DNA of 64,000 nt from Octopus vulgaris (GCA_951406725.2 OX597831.1:73222001-73286000); one strand, 5' to 3'. Counted from the stretch's first letter, positions 1 to 13,860 are shown. Notes: generated by a model not told the origin, from the letters alone. Numbers and translations: made by a program.

Positions 1-138
1 TGTGTATGTATATAGATATGTATATGTATAGATATGTATGTATATATATATTTTATGTATATATGTGTGTGTATATATTGATGTATATGTGTGTATATAT
101 ATATATGTATGTGTGTGTATATGTGTGTATGTATGTAC

Positions 139-293
139 TGGCTGTGTGGTAAGTAGCTTGCTTACCAACCACATGGTTCCGGGTTCAGTCCCACTGCATG
201 GCACCGTGGGCAAGTGTCTTCTACTATAGCCTCGGGCTGACCAAAGCCTTGTTAGTGGAATTGGTAGACGGAAACTGAAAGAAGGCCGTTGTA

Positions 294-346
<53 letters not shown>

Positions 347-510
347 TTGTCCCCCTAGCATTGCTTGACAACCAATGCTGGTGTGTTTATGTCCCCGTCA
401 AAAGTGACCGATAGAATAAGTACCGGTGTCGAGTTGCTCGATTAAAGGTGGTGCTCCAGCATGGCTGCAGTCAAATGACTGAAGCAAGTAAAAGAGTAAG
501 AGTAAAGAGT
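139..510 (+). mobile_element. tRNA-derived CORE-like SINE (family A), internally deleted
   Basis: A-box-like TGGCTGTGTGG, B-box-like GGTTCAGTCCC, MIR/CORE-like GGGCAAGTGTC, internal (TA)/(TG) tract, (AGAGTAA)n tail; matches many other copies in the window. Confidence 0.85.
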
Positions 511-759
511 ATATATATGTATGTATCTGTATATATGTATCTATGTATGTATATATATATGTGTATATATATGTATGTATCTATATATGTGTATATATAT
601 GTATGTATCTGTATATATATATATGTATGTATCTGTATATATATGTGTATAGATATGTATGTGTCTGTATATATGTGTGTGTATGCGTGTGTCTGGATAT
701 ATGTGTATTTATGTATGTATATATGTATATGTGTGTATATGTATATATATATGTGTGTG

Positions 760-806
<47 letters not shown>

Positions 807-1285
807 ATATGTATATGTGTGTATATGTATATATATATGTGTGTGTATGTATATATATATATATATATGTATATATATGTGTGTGTGTATATATGTGTGT
901 ATATATATATGTGTCTATATATGTATGTATATATATTTGTATATATATGTGTATGTGTAAATATGTATATATATATGTGTATATATGTATGTATATGTAT
1001 GTATATATATATGTGTGTGTATATATGTATGTATATGTATATATATATGTATGTATATATGTGTATATATATATGTATGTGTATGTATGTGTGTATATAT
1101 ATATGTATATGTATGTATATATGTGTATATGTATGTATATATGTATGTATATATGTGTATATATATGTATATATATATATGTATGTATATATGTGTATAT
1201 ATATATGTATGTATATGTATGTATATGTATATGTATGTATATGTATGTATATATGTATATATATGTATATGTGTGTGTGTATATG

Positions 1286-1335
<50 letters not shown>

Positions 1336-1379
1336 CATATATATACACGTGAATATGTATGTATATGTATGTGAATATG
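511..1379. repeat. Compound (TA)/(TG)/(TATG) microsatellite
   Basis: Directly visible; source of the spurious YIYI ORFs. Confidence 0.95.
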
Positions 1380-2037
1380 TCATCATCGTCATTTAGCGTC
1401 TGCTTTCCATGCTGGCATGGGTTGGACGATTTGGCTGAGGTCTGGCGAACCAGACTCCAATCTGATATGTCAGTTTCCACAGCTGGATGCCCTTCCTAAC
1501 GCCAACCACTCTGAGAGTGTAGTGGGTGCTTTTATGTGCCACTGGCACGAGGGCCAGTTTGGTGGTACTGGCAACGGCCACGCTCAAATGGTGCTTTGTA
1601 TATGCCACCTGCACAGGAGCCAGTCCAGCGGCACTGGCGACGACCTCGCTCGAATGTTTCTTTTCACGTGCCACCAGCACAAGTGGTAGTAAGGCGATGC
1701 GGCTGCGATCATGCACGAATGGTGTGTTTAACGTGTCGTCGGTACGAAGGCCAGCTGTGGGTCTGGCAATGATCTCACTTGTATGGTATTCTTATCGCTC
1801 CACTAGCAACGGATGCCGGTCGCTGAGTTTGATTTCGATTTCACCTGCCTCAGCAGCTCTTCACAATCGAGTCTGATTTCAAATTTGATTTCACTTGCCT
1901 CAACTGGTCTTCGTATGCAGAGTTTAGTGTCCAGTGAAGAAAAGGCACTCGTAAATGGACTGGTTACGCCTCTAGCAGAGGCCACAAGGTTATGGTCTCG
2001 CTTGACAAGTCTTCTCATGCACAGCATATTTCCAGGT
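1380..2037 (-). mobile_element. RTE LINE 3' end fragment
   Basis: (GAT)n tail and the GCTGGATGCCCTTCCTAACGCCAACCAC motif shared with the RT-bearing copy at 3254-4675. Confidence 0.8.
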
Positions 2038-2508
2038 GTATATATATGTATATATGTGCATGTATGTATATATATCTATGTATATATATGTGGATATGTA
2101 TTTATGTGTATATATATATATATATATGTGTATGTACTTGTGTATATGTATATATATGTGTATGTACTTGTGTATGTGTGTATATATATGTATGTACTTG
2201 TGTATATGTATGTATATATATATATATATATATATGTATGTACTTGTGTATGTGTATATATGTGTATTTATATGTGTATATGTATGTATATATGTTTATT
2301 TGTGTACGTATAAATGTGTATGTGTGTGAATATGTATGTGTGTATGTATGTATATGTGTATGTTTGTGTATGTGTATGTGTATGTTTGTGTATATATGTG
2401 CGTGTACGTATGTATGTGTGTACACACATGTTTGTATAAATATGCGTGTGCATATGTATATATATGTATAAATATATATATATATATATATACCTGAATA
2501 TATGTGTA
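2038..2508. repeat. Compound TA/TG microsatellite
   Basis: Directly visible. Confidence 0.95.
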
Positions 2509-2854
2509 ATTACTGGACGATTTTCTCTTCATGTCTGTTTTAAGTCAAAGTGCAAATGCGACCTGTCACAAGTAGGCATTTGAATATTGTAGAAATTTTA
2601 TAATTGAAAGATTTACTATATTTAGTACATACAAGTGTACCAGCTTGTATTTTAGTACATACAGTATATTTAGTACATGCAAGTGCGTCTGCTGGTGGGG
2701 TTTCCCCACCCCGGGTGTAAGCCCTCTCATTTGTTCTTCAATAGTTTGATTCTGTCACAGCTTGCACAATCAGCTGCCATTTGGAAGAGCAGTAAACCTG
2801 CACAGATTGTGGTCTTATTATAAACACACATACCACAACCAATGTGATATATAT

Positions 2855-3226
2855 AGTTTAACATCCGTTTTCCATGCTAGCATGGGTTGGACGGTTCGAT
2901 CGGGGTCTGGGAAGCCAGGACTGCTGCACCAGGCCCCGGTCTGATCTGGCAGTGTTTCTACAGCTGGATGCTCTTCCTAACGCCAACCACTCCGAGAGTG
3001 TAGTGGGTGCTTTTTACGTGCCACCTGCACAGGTGCCAGACGAGGCTGGCAAATGGCCACGATCGGATGTTGCTTTTTATGTGCCACTAGCACGGAAGCC
3101 AGTCAAGGCGGGACTGGCATCGGCCATGTATGGATGGTGCTTTTTACGTGCCAGGGTAGGCTGGCAACGGCCACGAATGGTTGGTGCTTTTTACGTTCCA
3201 CCAGCACGGAAGCCAGACAAGGCGGT
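2855..3226 (-). mobile_element. RTE LINE 3' UTR fragment
   Basis: Same 3' motif and GGTGCTTTTTACGTGCCAC subrepeats as the neighbouring RTE. Confidence 0.8.
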
Positions 3227-3253
3227 GTGTATGTGTGCGTGTGTGTAAATATA

Positions 3254-4675
3254 TCATCATCACCATTTAGCGTCCGCTTCCCATGCTAGCATGGGTTGGA
3301 CGGTTCAACTGGGGTCTGGGAAGCCAGAAGGCTGCACCAGGCCCAGTCTGATCTGGCAATGTTTCTATGGCTATATGCCCTTCCTAATGCCAACCACTCC
3401 ATGAGTGTAGTGGGTGCTTTTTACGTGCCAGATGAGGCTGGCAAACAGCCACGATCGGATGGAGCTTTTCACATGCCCGTCGGGGTGGCACTGGTAACGG
3501 CCATGTTCAGATGGTTCGCTTATGTGCCACCGGCACTGGTATCACAGCTACAATTTTCATTGATGTTGATTGATTTTGATTTTGATTCTGATTCTCACTT
3601 GCCTCAACAGGTCTTCACAAGTAGAGTTTTGTGTCCCAAGAAGGAAAGGTATGCATAAGTGGACTGGCTACATCCCAGGTAGAGGCCATGGGTTATGGTC
3701 TCACTTGTCCTGCCGCGTCTTCCCACGCACAACATATTTCCATAGGTCTCGGTCTCTAGTCATTTCCTCGGTGAGACCTAAAGTTCGAAGGTTGTGCTTC
3801 ACCACCTCGTCCCAGGTTTTCTTGGGTCTACCTCTTCCACAGGTTCCCTCAACTGCAGAGTGTGACACTTTTTCACACAACTATCTTCATCCATTCTTGC
3901 CACATGACCATACCAGCGCAAACGTCTCTCTTGCACACCACAACTGATGCTTCTTAGGTCCAACTTTTCTCTCAAGGTACTTACACTCTGTCGAGTATAA
4001 ACACTGACATTACACATCCATCGGAGCATACTGGCTTCATTTCTTGCGAGCTTACGCATATCCTCAGCAGTCACGGCCCATGTTTCACCACCATGTAGCA
4101 TGGCTGTTCGTACACATGCGTCATACAGTCTGCCTTTTACTCTGAGCGAGAGGCCTTTTGTCACCAGCAGAGGTAAGAGCTCTCTGAACTTTGCCCAGGC
4201 TATTCTTACTCTAGCAGTTACACTTTCAGCACACCCACCCCTGCTACTGACTTGGTCACCTAGGTAACGGAAGCTATCAACTATTTCTAGTTTTTCTCCC
4301 TGGAATGTGGTGGAAGTTGGTCTCTGCGCATTTTCAGTGTTTATTGCTCCTGAGCATCTGCCACATACAAAAACTATTTTCCTAGTTAGCCTTCCTTTGA
4401 CATTGCTGCACCTCTTATGTGTCCATAGCTTACACTTGGTGCACCTTATAGAGTTTCTACCTACACCTTTTCTACAGATCGAGCAGAGCCATCTACCTGA
4501 AGGCGTTTGTGATTTGTCTACCTTCCTACTTATTAGGACTTTGGTTTTAGCTAGATTGACTCTAAGGCCCTTCGATTCTAATCCTTGCTTCCACACCTGA
4601 AACTTCTCCTCCAGTTCTGATAGTGACTCAGCAATTAGAGCAAGGTCATCAGCATAGAGGAGCTCCCAGGGGCAG
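3254..4675 (-). mobile_element. 5'-truncated RTE-clade LINE (RT C-terminal half plus 3' UTR)
   Basis: Frame of ORF 3799-4596 extends upstream to CPWELLYADDLALIA (YADD at 4645-4656); SFRYLG, RRLRWYGHVARM motifs; frameshift near 3860 before GRGRPKKTW; (GAT)n tail near 3254. Confidence 0.92.
3799..4674 (-). pseudogene. Truncated RTE ORF2 reverse transcriptase with embedded C4HC3 finger
   Basis: Translated RT motifs; lacks endonuclease and N-terminal RT; C-terminal frameshift. Confidence 0.88.
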
Positions 4676-4921
4676 TAACCAGAAGATGGATTTGGTATTA
4701 ATTTTTATTTTGTACAATTGTTGTTTTGACCCCATTCTGCTACTGACCCTTTTGGCTGGGACTCTGTTCAACATGTGTTGCATCCATTTTACTGTCCGGG
4801 TCTCAAAATGGATGCAACACAACATGTTGAACAGTCTCGCCCATATGGGACACTAGCAGGATGGGTCAAGATGACCCTTGTACAAAATAAAGATTAATAC
4901 CAAATCCATCTTCTCGTCACT
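4674..4921. mobile_element. MITE/foldback with about 70-bp imperfect inverted arms
   Basis: AGAAGATGGATTTGGTATTAATTTTTATTTTGTACAA (4681) versus TTGTACAAAATAAAGATTAATACCAAATCCATCTTCT (4878); inner arms TTGACCCCATTCTGCTACTG / CACTAGCAGGATGGGTCAA. Confidence 0.7.
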
Positions 4922-5651
4922 TAAGAAACTATTGTTATTGTCTCAACTAACACTGCGGAATTCCTGAAGTAGATCCAATGGAAATAACCCCAACTGTGGA
5001 TGACACCAGGTAACCCAAACTGTATCAGTGCTCTACTTAACACTTCGACACACTAATCGACATATACTTGTTAGTCCAAAATATTACATATGTACACACA
5101 CACACACACATATACAGTAGTATGTATATATAGTATGGCTCCTGGCCTGGCCAGCTCCTGTCAAACTGTCCAACCCATACCTGCCTGGAAAACGGATTTT
5201 AAATTATATATATCTACACATGTACATACACTCGAGTGTATATATGTATGCACATATGTGTATATATATATATGTATATTTACATACATTATATATATGT
5301 ATATATGTCTGTCTGTGTGTATGTATGTACATGTATGTTATCATCCAGTGTTTTAAATCTGGGTTTTCTTCCCGTTAATGGTGGTGGCCAGATCTACCTC
5401 AATGTTATAGCAACTGAGGTAGGCAGGTGCAGCCCACCCCAACCTTTGGGCTGGTGGGTGCCCATTCTCCCTTGCTATCATGAGGCTTTTTTGGAGCTGG
5501 ATTTTCTATGGAGAGCATGCCCTTGCTTACCACCAACCTCAGTTTCCCAAGACCATAGCCTCTACCACGATTTTTAAGAAATGTGGTGGAAAACTAGCTC
5601 AGGAAGGCAGGGACGCTTCTCCCTGAGAACCCTTTTGGAGCTCCCCACCCA

Positions 5652-5692
<41 letters not shown>

Positions 5693-6566
5693 TTATGTAT
5701 ATGTGTGTTTGTTTAATCATGTGTGTTTGTGTATATATATTTTGAGTCAATTAATAAAACCGCAAAACCCCAGTTGTATGTATCGTTGGATCCTGTCAAA
5801 TTCTCCAACCCATATTATCATGGAAAATGAGCATTAAATGATTTATATATATATAAATATATCATCAACATCACCATTTAATGTCTTGCATGGGTAGGAC
5901 AGCCAGGTAGAAGACTACCCCAGGCTACTGTGTCTGTTTTAGCAGGGTCTTTATGGCTGGGTGTCCTTTCTAACACCAACTACTCTGCAGAGTTGACTCG
6001 GTGCTTTTTACATGGCGCCGGCACAGGCGAAGTTAGTTTTGGCTTTATTGTTACCATTGGATGCCCTTTCAAATGCCATCCACTTTACAGTGTGGACTGG
6101 ATGATTCTAGAGTCTGGGACTGCTCTCCAGCTTACCATTTCCTCTCAAACCATCATGGAAAATGGATGTTAAATTATGATGATGAGATATATATATGTTT
6201 TTTAATTATTTATCTATAAGATTACTTAAGTTGATATACTAATGTAAGGATGTATCAATAAATCAATAACTACAAATTTTGCTGGTACACACCACCACCA
6301 AAACCACCACCACCACCACTAGTCTCCTTAGATTGTGTGTATGTAATTATTGATTTGTAGTCTTAATTTGTGTAAAATATTTAATTAACATAAAAACATA
6401 TCAGTAAACCTTATCGCTATTGTGAAATACCGGAATAAGTTGTTTTCTTGATTCAGAAACTGTAGCCGGCACTACCTCCACCCCACCCTACAACACACCA
6501 CTTCGCTCACCACCCCACTATTACAGGCTTTTGTACTTCCAGAGACCCCATTTCCCCATTGTTAAT

Positions 6567-6895
6567 TAGGTCACCTAGGTAACAGAAACTGTTGACTATT
6601 TCAAGGGAGTCCCTTAGCATTTCAGAAAATTGATGCCTCAGTTGTCCCTCATACTTAACACACCTGTACCCCTTCCACATATAAGGCTCACCTTTATTTT
6701 ATAATCCCACCACATCTCTTGTTCAGCCAGTATTTACACCAGAGACACTCTTTTGGAATTTCTGCCAACTCTTCTTTTTTTAGACTGAGCATGGCCATTT
6801 CCCTAACCCTTTTTGCTCCTTTCTCCTTTACTAAACCTTAGTTTGTGCTATGTTTACTTCAAGGTTCTTCAATTCCAGACTTGGAATTCCTTCCC
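6567..6895 (-). mobile_element. Degenerate RTE ORF2 fragment
   Basis: GTCACCTAGGTAACAGAAACT and downstream similarity to 4250-4590. Confidence 0.6.
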
Positions 6896-7089
6896 CATTT
6901 CTTCTACACACACACTAACAGGTTGCTTTCTCTTTTACAATGACAACATATCATTTTATTACTGTTTTATTGTTAATCGTAGTCATTCAAAGCTGTCAGT
7001 TTCCTTCGGGTGTATTCTCACTAAGAACCTCTGTCCACAGTCTCAGCGGCAGTCCGTCTGCGTGTGTGGACGTGAATCTTTCTGTAGCC

Positions 7090-7400
7090 TGAAGGTGCGT
7101 GGCTTAGCAGTTAGGATGTTTGGCTCACGATCATGAGGTTGTGAGTTCATGTTGTGTCCTTGAGCAAGACACTTTATTTTCTCGTTGTTCCAGTCCATTC
7201 TGCTGGCAAAACTGAGTTGTACCTGTAATTCAAATGGGGCCAGCCTTGTCGCATTCTGTGTCCTGCTGAATCTCACCAAGACCTATGTTAAGGGTGGACA
7301 CGTCGTCTGTGGCGTGGCTCAGCCGTTTCTACGTTTCACGAGTAGACTGTTCTGTCGATCAGTCAACTGGGACCCTTGCTGTAACCGACAGAGCGCCAGT
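7090..7400 (+). mobile_element. tRNA-derived SINE (family D)
   Basis: A-box TGGCTTAGCAGTTAGG, TTGTGTCCTTGAGCAAGACACTT core; related copies at about 25800-26020 (-) and 45050-45276 (-). Confidence 0.65.
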
Positions 7401-9352
7401 ATGTTTACCTGTGTCTGTTTACCTTTATCTCCCCCCATCTTTCCCCCTCTCTCCCTCCCTCTTTCCCCCTCTCTCTCTATCTCTCTCTCTCTCTGTTTGT
7501 CCCCACATGCTTACCATTTATAACAGTGCATTATCGTTACAACCCTTCATTATTAAAAGAGATGTCCCCCCACCCCCCCTCCTCTGCTCACTTACTCTTC
7601 CTGACCACTGTCTCTGATTCAAGCCCCCCCCTCCTCTCTTTACCTTCACTCATGAAGTATTTCTGTTGCCCATACAGCAACGGCAGGAACCTGATATTAC
7701 ACCATTGCAGAGACAGTGTGTGGGTGGGTGGGTGGGTGGGTGGTCTATATGGTTTATAAACTAATCATCTAAAGTAAACACATAAATAAGACATACAAAA
7801 GAAAAAAGACACAAGCAAACACCCTTTCCTGCAAACAATCTATTTCTGGTGAGTTTCTGCTAATACAGTGTTGTATTACTGGATGAAGGTCATCATCACC
7901 ATTATCATCCTCATTCAATGAAACATGATTTGTCTTTCAGGGTCAGATTATGGCTGTGATAATATTCTTAGTTTAACTGAAATTTTTTTTCCATCATCCT
8001 GACCATGTTTATCTCTCCTAAATCCTTCACTTTCTGTCTCTCTTTCACCTCTTTATTTCTCTCTCTCATAGACTCCTCTTTGTCTCTGTCTGTCTGTCTC
8101 ACTGTATCTCTCTGTGTCTTTATCTTTGCTTTCTCTCTTCCTTTGTGTTTGTCAGTCTCACTCTGTGCATCGCACTTTCTCTCCCTGTGTGTCTTTTTTC
8201 TCACTCGCTTTCTCTTTTCTACTCTGTCTGCCTGTCTCTCTCTCTCTGCCTCTTTTCCTTCCCAGTTATCTGATTCTCTATTTTTCTCTTTTTTTTTTTA
8301 TCTTATGCTGGTTTCAGTCATTGGACTATGGCCATACTGAGGCACCACCTTCAAGGGTACTCTTGATTATATTGTCTCCTAGTACCTGTAGATTGGTTCT
8401 TATTTCATACACTTTAGATGTAATCCTTAATTTCCCATTCTCCTTGTGTCACCTCTTTCATACTCACTTAATTTGCAGCATATTTCCAAACTAATGCACA
8501 ACCATCTCTGAGCTGCCTCTACGCAACAAGAGGTCCAGATTCAATCCTATCTAACTTCTGATCTCTTTCATTAATCAGCATCATCAGTAACGGAATTGAA
8601 TTGACATTTCATAAACATCTTCGTCAACACTTTGTAATATCATAGACAAATCTGATGCAATCTGTGTAAACACTCTGTAACATAAATAGATGCGATGCTA
8701 TCTTTGTGGACAAGTGCAACACTATCTTTGTGGAGGAATCTGATGCCGTTGTGGAGGAATCTGATGCCATTGTGGATGAGTGCAATGCTGTCTTTGTGAG
8801 CAAATGCTTTTGATAGTCTGGCAAAATGGAATCTATCAAACTGAATTCTGCTGTGGTGGTTACAAAGCTCCCGTATTGTGAGAGCTAAATTCCACCAGGC
8901 TCAACACTTTGCTCCTTTTCTATTCTCAGTTTTCTTAGATGATCTGGTTTAACATTTAGGAAAACAAGCTGAGGATCTACTTTCGTGACTTGTTGCCGTT
9001 TGTATTGAATAAGATCAGTAAATGATGGAATATTATGTAGCAAGAGCTACATTAGACAGAGAAATTGTCAGAGGGAATTTAGAATGAAGAAAATGCAAAA
9101 AAAAAATAATGGTTTTAAGAAGGGGAAGAAGTCTGTCAAATTTTGAACTGTACTTTTGGAAATTGTGAAAAGCTTGTGGGGTGAATAGTGGTGGGGAGAG
9201 GAGAAAAAAACAGTCTGTGATTCTATGTATAATCAAAGAGAGAGAAAAGCGGTCGGAGAACAGTATGTCTGTACCATATATAACGAAGATGCTTGGAGTG
9301 TGATGCAAAATTGCCAAGATGCTGGATACAGAAGTCTATTAAGTGCTTAGAT

Positions 9353-9600
9353 CAGGGGTTCTTGACCATTTTTTACTGAAGGACTCCTTTGATTCCTGCT
9401 TTATTCAGTGGTGGATGTGTGTGGTGGTGGGGTTGACCCTCATAGTCATTCCGTGTCTAAAATCTAATTTTTTCGATTAAATATTATTTGGAGTATAAAA
9501 AAAAATTGAAAATATTTTGTGCGTTGTAGAAGTAGGACTAAATTATTGTAGATAAATTTTAACAACAAAATCTTATGTGGACCCTAGTTGAGAACTACTG
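9353..9600. mobile_element. hAT-type MITE
   Basis: Ends CAGGGGTTCTTGAC and GTTGAGAACTACTG; 8-bp TSD gcttagat/tcttagat (1 mismatch). Confidence 0.75.
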
Positions 9601-9704
9601 TCTTAGATGAATGATTTCTCATCAGCCAATTATTTTGGCTGAATATTTTTTTCTAAGTATATTCAGCCAACAAAACTCAGTCCCCTCCCATCATTAAAAA
9701 AGAA

Positions 9705-10680
9705 GCTTGCATTTGGAGTAAAGGCTGTAAAGAAAAAAATAAATGGACACAAGAGGTACAGTGGTATCACCGGAAGGTTAACAGAGAATATAGTCTATGT
9801 GGCAAATGCGTAGGTGCAACAAGCACTAAAAATGCACAATCAATAGGCCCCTTCAAATACTTCTGTTTCCTAGAAGACCAAGTTAGCAGCGGTGGAGGGA
9901 GTTCTGAAAGTATTGTTATCTGGATAAGAACAGGATGGGCAAAGTTCAGAGAGCTTCTACATTAACTAAGTAACTATGGTAACTAAGGACCTCTCCTTCA
10001 GAGTGAAAGGTAGATTATATGATGCCTGTGTATGTACAGCTATGTTACATAACAATGAAACATGGGCTTTTGACTATAGGGGACTTGTGAAGGCTTGAAA
10101 GAAATGAAGCTAGCATGCTTTGCTGGATGGGCAATGTCTGTGCAAGCATAACAGAGTGTAAATGATTTAAGAGGAGAACTGGGTATTGGAGGCATTGGAT
10201 GTTGTGTGCAAGAGAGAAGACTGTGCTGGTTGGGTCATGAGGACAGCTGCATAAAGAAATGCCAAGCTCTAATTATGGAGGGTACTTGTGGAAGGGGGTA
10301 GACTCAGGAAAAACGGACAAAGTGGTGAGAGAGGATCTTCTGATGGTGGGTCTCACTGAAGAAATAACAAGGGAACAGGAGATGTGGTAATTTGCTGTAC
10401 TTGATAAGACGCATCAAGCTAAGTAAAACCAATGTCTTCCACACATACAGCCTGGTCCTTTTACAGGTGCTGGGGCCACTTTAAAAGCACCTGTGCAAGT
10501 GCTGTGTAAACACACCCATGCTGGTGATGCGTAAGAAACACCCACCACACTCTAAGTGGTTGGCATTAGGAAGGGCACCCAGCTATAGAAACCATGCTAT
10601 AATAGACAGTTGGAGCCTGGACTGCTCACCGCTGGCCAGTTCCATGTCAAACCATCCAACCCATGCCAGCATGGAAAGCA
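9705..10680 (+). mobile_element. Decayed RTE LINE (ORF2 3' part and 3' UTR)
   Basis: TGGGCAAAGTTCAGAGAGCT (WAKFRE), AGAGTGAAAGGTAGATTATATGATGCCTGTG (RVKGRLYDAC), many indels and stops, TTGGCATTAGGAAGGGCA motif. Confidence 0.85.
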
Positions 10681-12126
10681 GCCCCAATATCACAGGTGAC
10701 AGATTGTTGTAATAATAATACTTTATATAATGTGCACAAGTTGAAGTACCCTGTGTAATTTATATCAGCTAGAGTACTCCATAAACTGCACGTGAGCTTT
10801 AGATATGCCGTCTCTGTAATATGAAAAGGTATTGTTATATGAGAACTGGTAGCATTTATTCCATGAGTACTTAACCCGTTGGTGTCTAGTGACAAGAATC
10901 ATATATATTTATTTATTATTATTTTATTTTATCTAGTTTCAGCTCACGAGCTGTGGCCATGCTGGGGCACCACCATTTATGGGATAAAAGCTTTTTGCTT
11001 TTGGCTATTAATCTGAAAAACCAATTTTTGAGAGCTGCAAATGGAACCGTCTCGGCTGACAGAAAATTCTTTCAAAAAGTCAAGTGCTGCTGCACTTTGC
11101 TATTCTTGCTTCTGACAACTTTCTTTAAGCTTGTCTATGTCCAACTAGGCCATCACCGTGTGTGTGTGTGTACCACACATGCCAGCATGGAAGATGGACG
11201 TTAAGCGATGATGATGAAATAATCTCATTGCATGAATAAACAACAATACAATGACGATATGTTTTGTATATATTTATATGGTATCATGTTTATGTGTATC
11301 TTATTATATGCACACATCTTACATACAGATATATGAAACGTCTCGGCAGCTGTGCCGTTCCATTCACCAGCTCTGATCATCACATCTCCCTGATTTATGT
11401 CAGTTTATAAATTGTATGTTGTGGGTGGCTGTGTGAGTGTTTGGCGATGTCAGCTGCTTAATAATCCTGCTGTTAGTAGTTCACCGGTTTTAATGTCTAC
11501 ATGAACACTGGAATGTTCTGTGTGTGCTGCTAATTTTTTTTTTTTTTTTTGTTTTTTTTGTTTATTTTGGCTGGAATCAAGATGATGGTATGATTACACA
11601 CACTGTATATGTATGCATGTATAAGGGAGTAGGGTGTGTTGTTGATTGAATTGTTCCTGGGACTTACATGGCTGGTACCTTGGTGGGATGAAAGACAAAG
11701 TTGTCAATGGTGAAATTTGAACACAGAATGTATAATGTGAAACTAAAAATAAACTGGCAGATTGATTCTAATCCGTTAATAAGTGTAATTGGAACAGCCC
11801 ACATTCTACACAAGACCTTATCAATTCAATAATACAACCCGAATAAAAGAATCTGCAAACACAAAGACAAACTCATTCAGTGACTATCCAATAAAATAAA
11901 CAGTCCCCACAACGTGTACCCTATTGGGTGGATACCCAACAGAGCAAAAGACTGCACCACACCTCACACACACACACACACAAAAAAACTGATGCAATAC
12001 AATACTGGGAAGAGTTTGCACTCCCACCACCAACAACAACAAAGAATAGACACTGTTGCACACACCTCAACAACCTGGTGCTGTAGCAGGTGATGCAGTA
12101 GAAATCTGCCTGAAACTATCAAATGT

Positions 12127-12174
<48 letters not shown>

Positions 12175-12230
12175 CTGTAATTTATTTGCCACAAGGGCAG
12201 ATGATGAGGGGGACATTTCAAAAATACATA

Positions 12231-12645
12231 GGCGCAGCAGTGGCTGTGTGGTAAGTAGCTTGCTTACCAACCACATGGTTCCGGGTTCAGTCCCACTGCA
12301 TGGCACCTTGGGCAAGTGTCTTCTGCTATAGCCTCGGGCCGACCAAAGCCTTGTGAGTGGATTTGGTAGACAGAAACTGAAAGAAGCCCGTCGTATATAT
12401 GTATATGTATGCGTGTGTGTGTTTGTGTGTCTGTGTTTGTCCCCCTAGCATTGCTTGACAACCGATGCTGGTGTGTTTATGTCCCCATCATTTAGCGGTT
12501 CGGCAAAAAGAGACCAATAGAATAAGTACTGGGCTTACAAAAAAAAAAGAATAAGTCCCGGGGTCATGTTGCTCGATTAAAGGCGGTGCTCCAGCATGGC
12601 CGCAGTCAAATGACTGAAACAAGTAAAAGAGAGTAAAGAGTAAAG
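12231..12645 (+). mobile_element. Full-length CORE-like SINE (family A)
   Basis: Complete head, core, microsatellite, body and tail. Confidence 0.9.
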
Positions 12646-12900
12646 TGTTGGGGTTTACATATCCCTCTCTCTCTTTCGGAGAGGCACTGAGCACCTACAC
12701 GCACATATACACACACGGCAGTAACTTCCACCTACCGAATTCAATCACAAAGCTTCGGTTGGCTCGGGGCTATAGCAGAAGACACCTGCCCAAAGTGCCA
12801 CGCAGTGGGACTGAACCCAAAACCATATAGCTGGGAAGCAAGCTCCCTAACCACACAGCCATGCCCAATGAAATGAATAAAAAAAAAAAAGGAAGAAATT

Positions 12901-13163
12901 AAGGGCTGTAGATTCGAAGCAAAAACCTTCGACTCTGACTCCTGTATTACTGGCATCTCTGATTCCGACTCCTCTACATGTAATTAAGTGATTGTGGTCT
13001 ACATATCTCAATGCATACGCTTGTACTTTGAGTCGGCCTATATGTCATAACTGGTTTCTGTTAAAGAAGAAAGATATCGTGAGTCAGAGTCAGTCGATAA
13101 AGTTTTACCGACTCCAACTCCAGTTACCCGTTAATTGTTTCCGACTCTGACTCCACAGCCCTG
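12901..13163. mobile_element. hAT-like MITE with (GACTCC/GACTCT) subterminal repeats
   Basis: Ends AGGGCTGTAGA and TCCACAGCCCTG; repeated GACTC motifs; no TSD recognised. Confidence 0.6.
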
Positions 13164-13239
13164 GTTGAGACGATGTACAGTGGGAAAAAAGGGACATGTG
13201 CATAGCATACAAAGAACAACAATATAATAATAATTATTT

Positions 13240-13618
13240 CTACAATAGGCAGAAGGCTTGAAATTTTTGGCAGTGGTGGGGCCGGTCAGTTACATTGACC
13301 TCCCCCCCCCCAGTACTTGACCCTGAAAGGATGATAGACAAAGTCAACCATGGCAGAGTTTGAACATAAGGAAAGATGAAATGCTGCTGAGCATTTTGCT
13401 TGGCACAGTGATGATTCTACAAGCTTGGCACCTTAATGATGATGATGATGATGATGATAGTAGTAGTAGTTTCTTGTTTTGGCACAAGGCCAGCAATTAT
13501 AAGGAAGTTGGATGAAAGGCTAAGTCGACCTCGGTGGAATTTGAACTTAGGACGTAGTGATGGCTGAAATACTGCTCAGCATTTTATCCAGCATGCTAAC
13601 GATTCTACCAGCTTGTCA

Positions 13619-13650
<32 letters not shown>

Positions 13651-13860
13651 GTAGTAGTGTTTTATGTCGCTAGGAGGCCATATATTTTAGAGGAGGGATT
13701 TAGTCATTTGAATTGATACTACTACTTAAATGGTACTTGATTGACCTTTCCTTACTCTCACCCCAGGAGAGTGAAGGGCAAATTATCTCCAATGGAATTT
13801 GAACTTAAGATGCAAAAAGGATTAACTAAATAATGTCAAACATTTTTTGCCTGATACTCT
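13240..13860 (-). mobile_element. Three tandem decayed Meta-like SINEs (family B)
   Basis: Repeated AAAGTCGACCTCGGTGGAATTTGAAC-like motifs separated by (GAT)n/(TTA)n. Confidence 0.7.

Noticed and set aside
448-2532. Many long YIYI/HTHT ORFs (also at 26, 34.7, 47.6-49.3 and 51 kb)
   Set aside because: Translations of dinucleotide microsatellites
11784-12125. Possible solo LTR (TG start, AATAAA motifs)
   Set aside because: Could not define a matching CA end with TSD or a second copy
12231-12310. tRNA genes at SINE heads
   Set aside because: A and B boxes are present, but there is no full cloverleaf and they continue into SINE bodies
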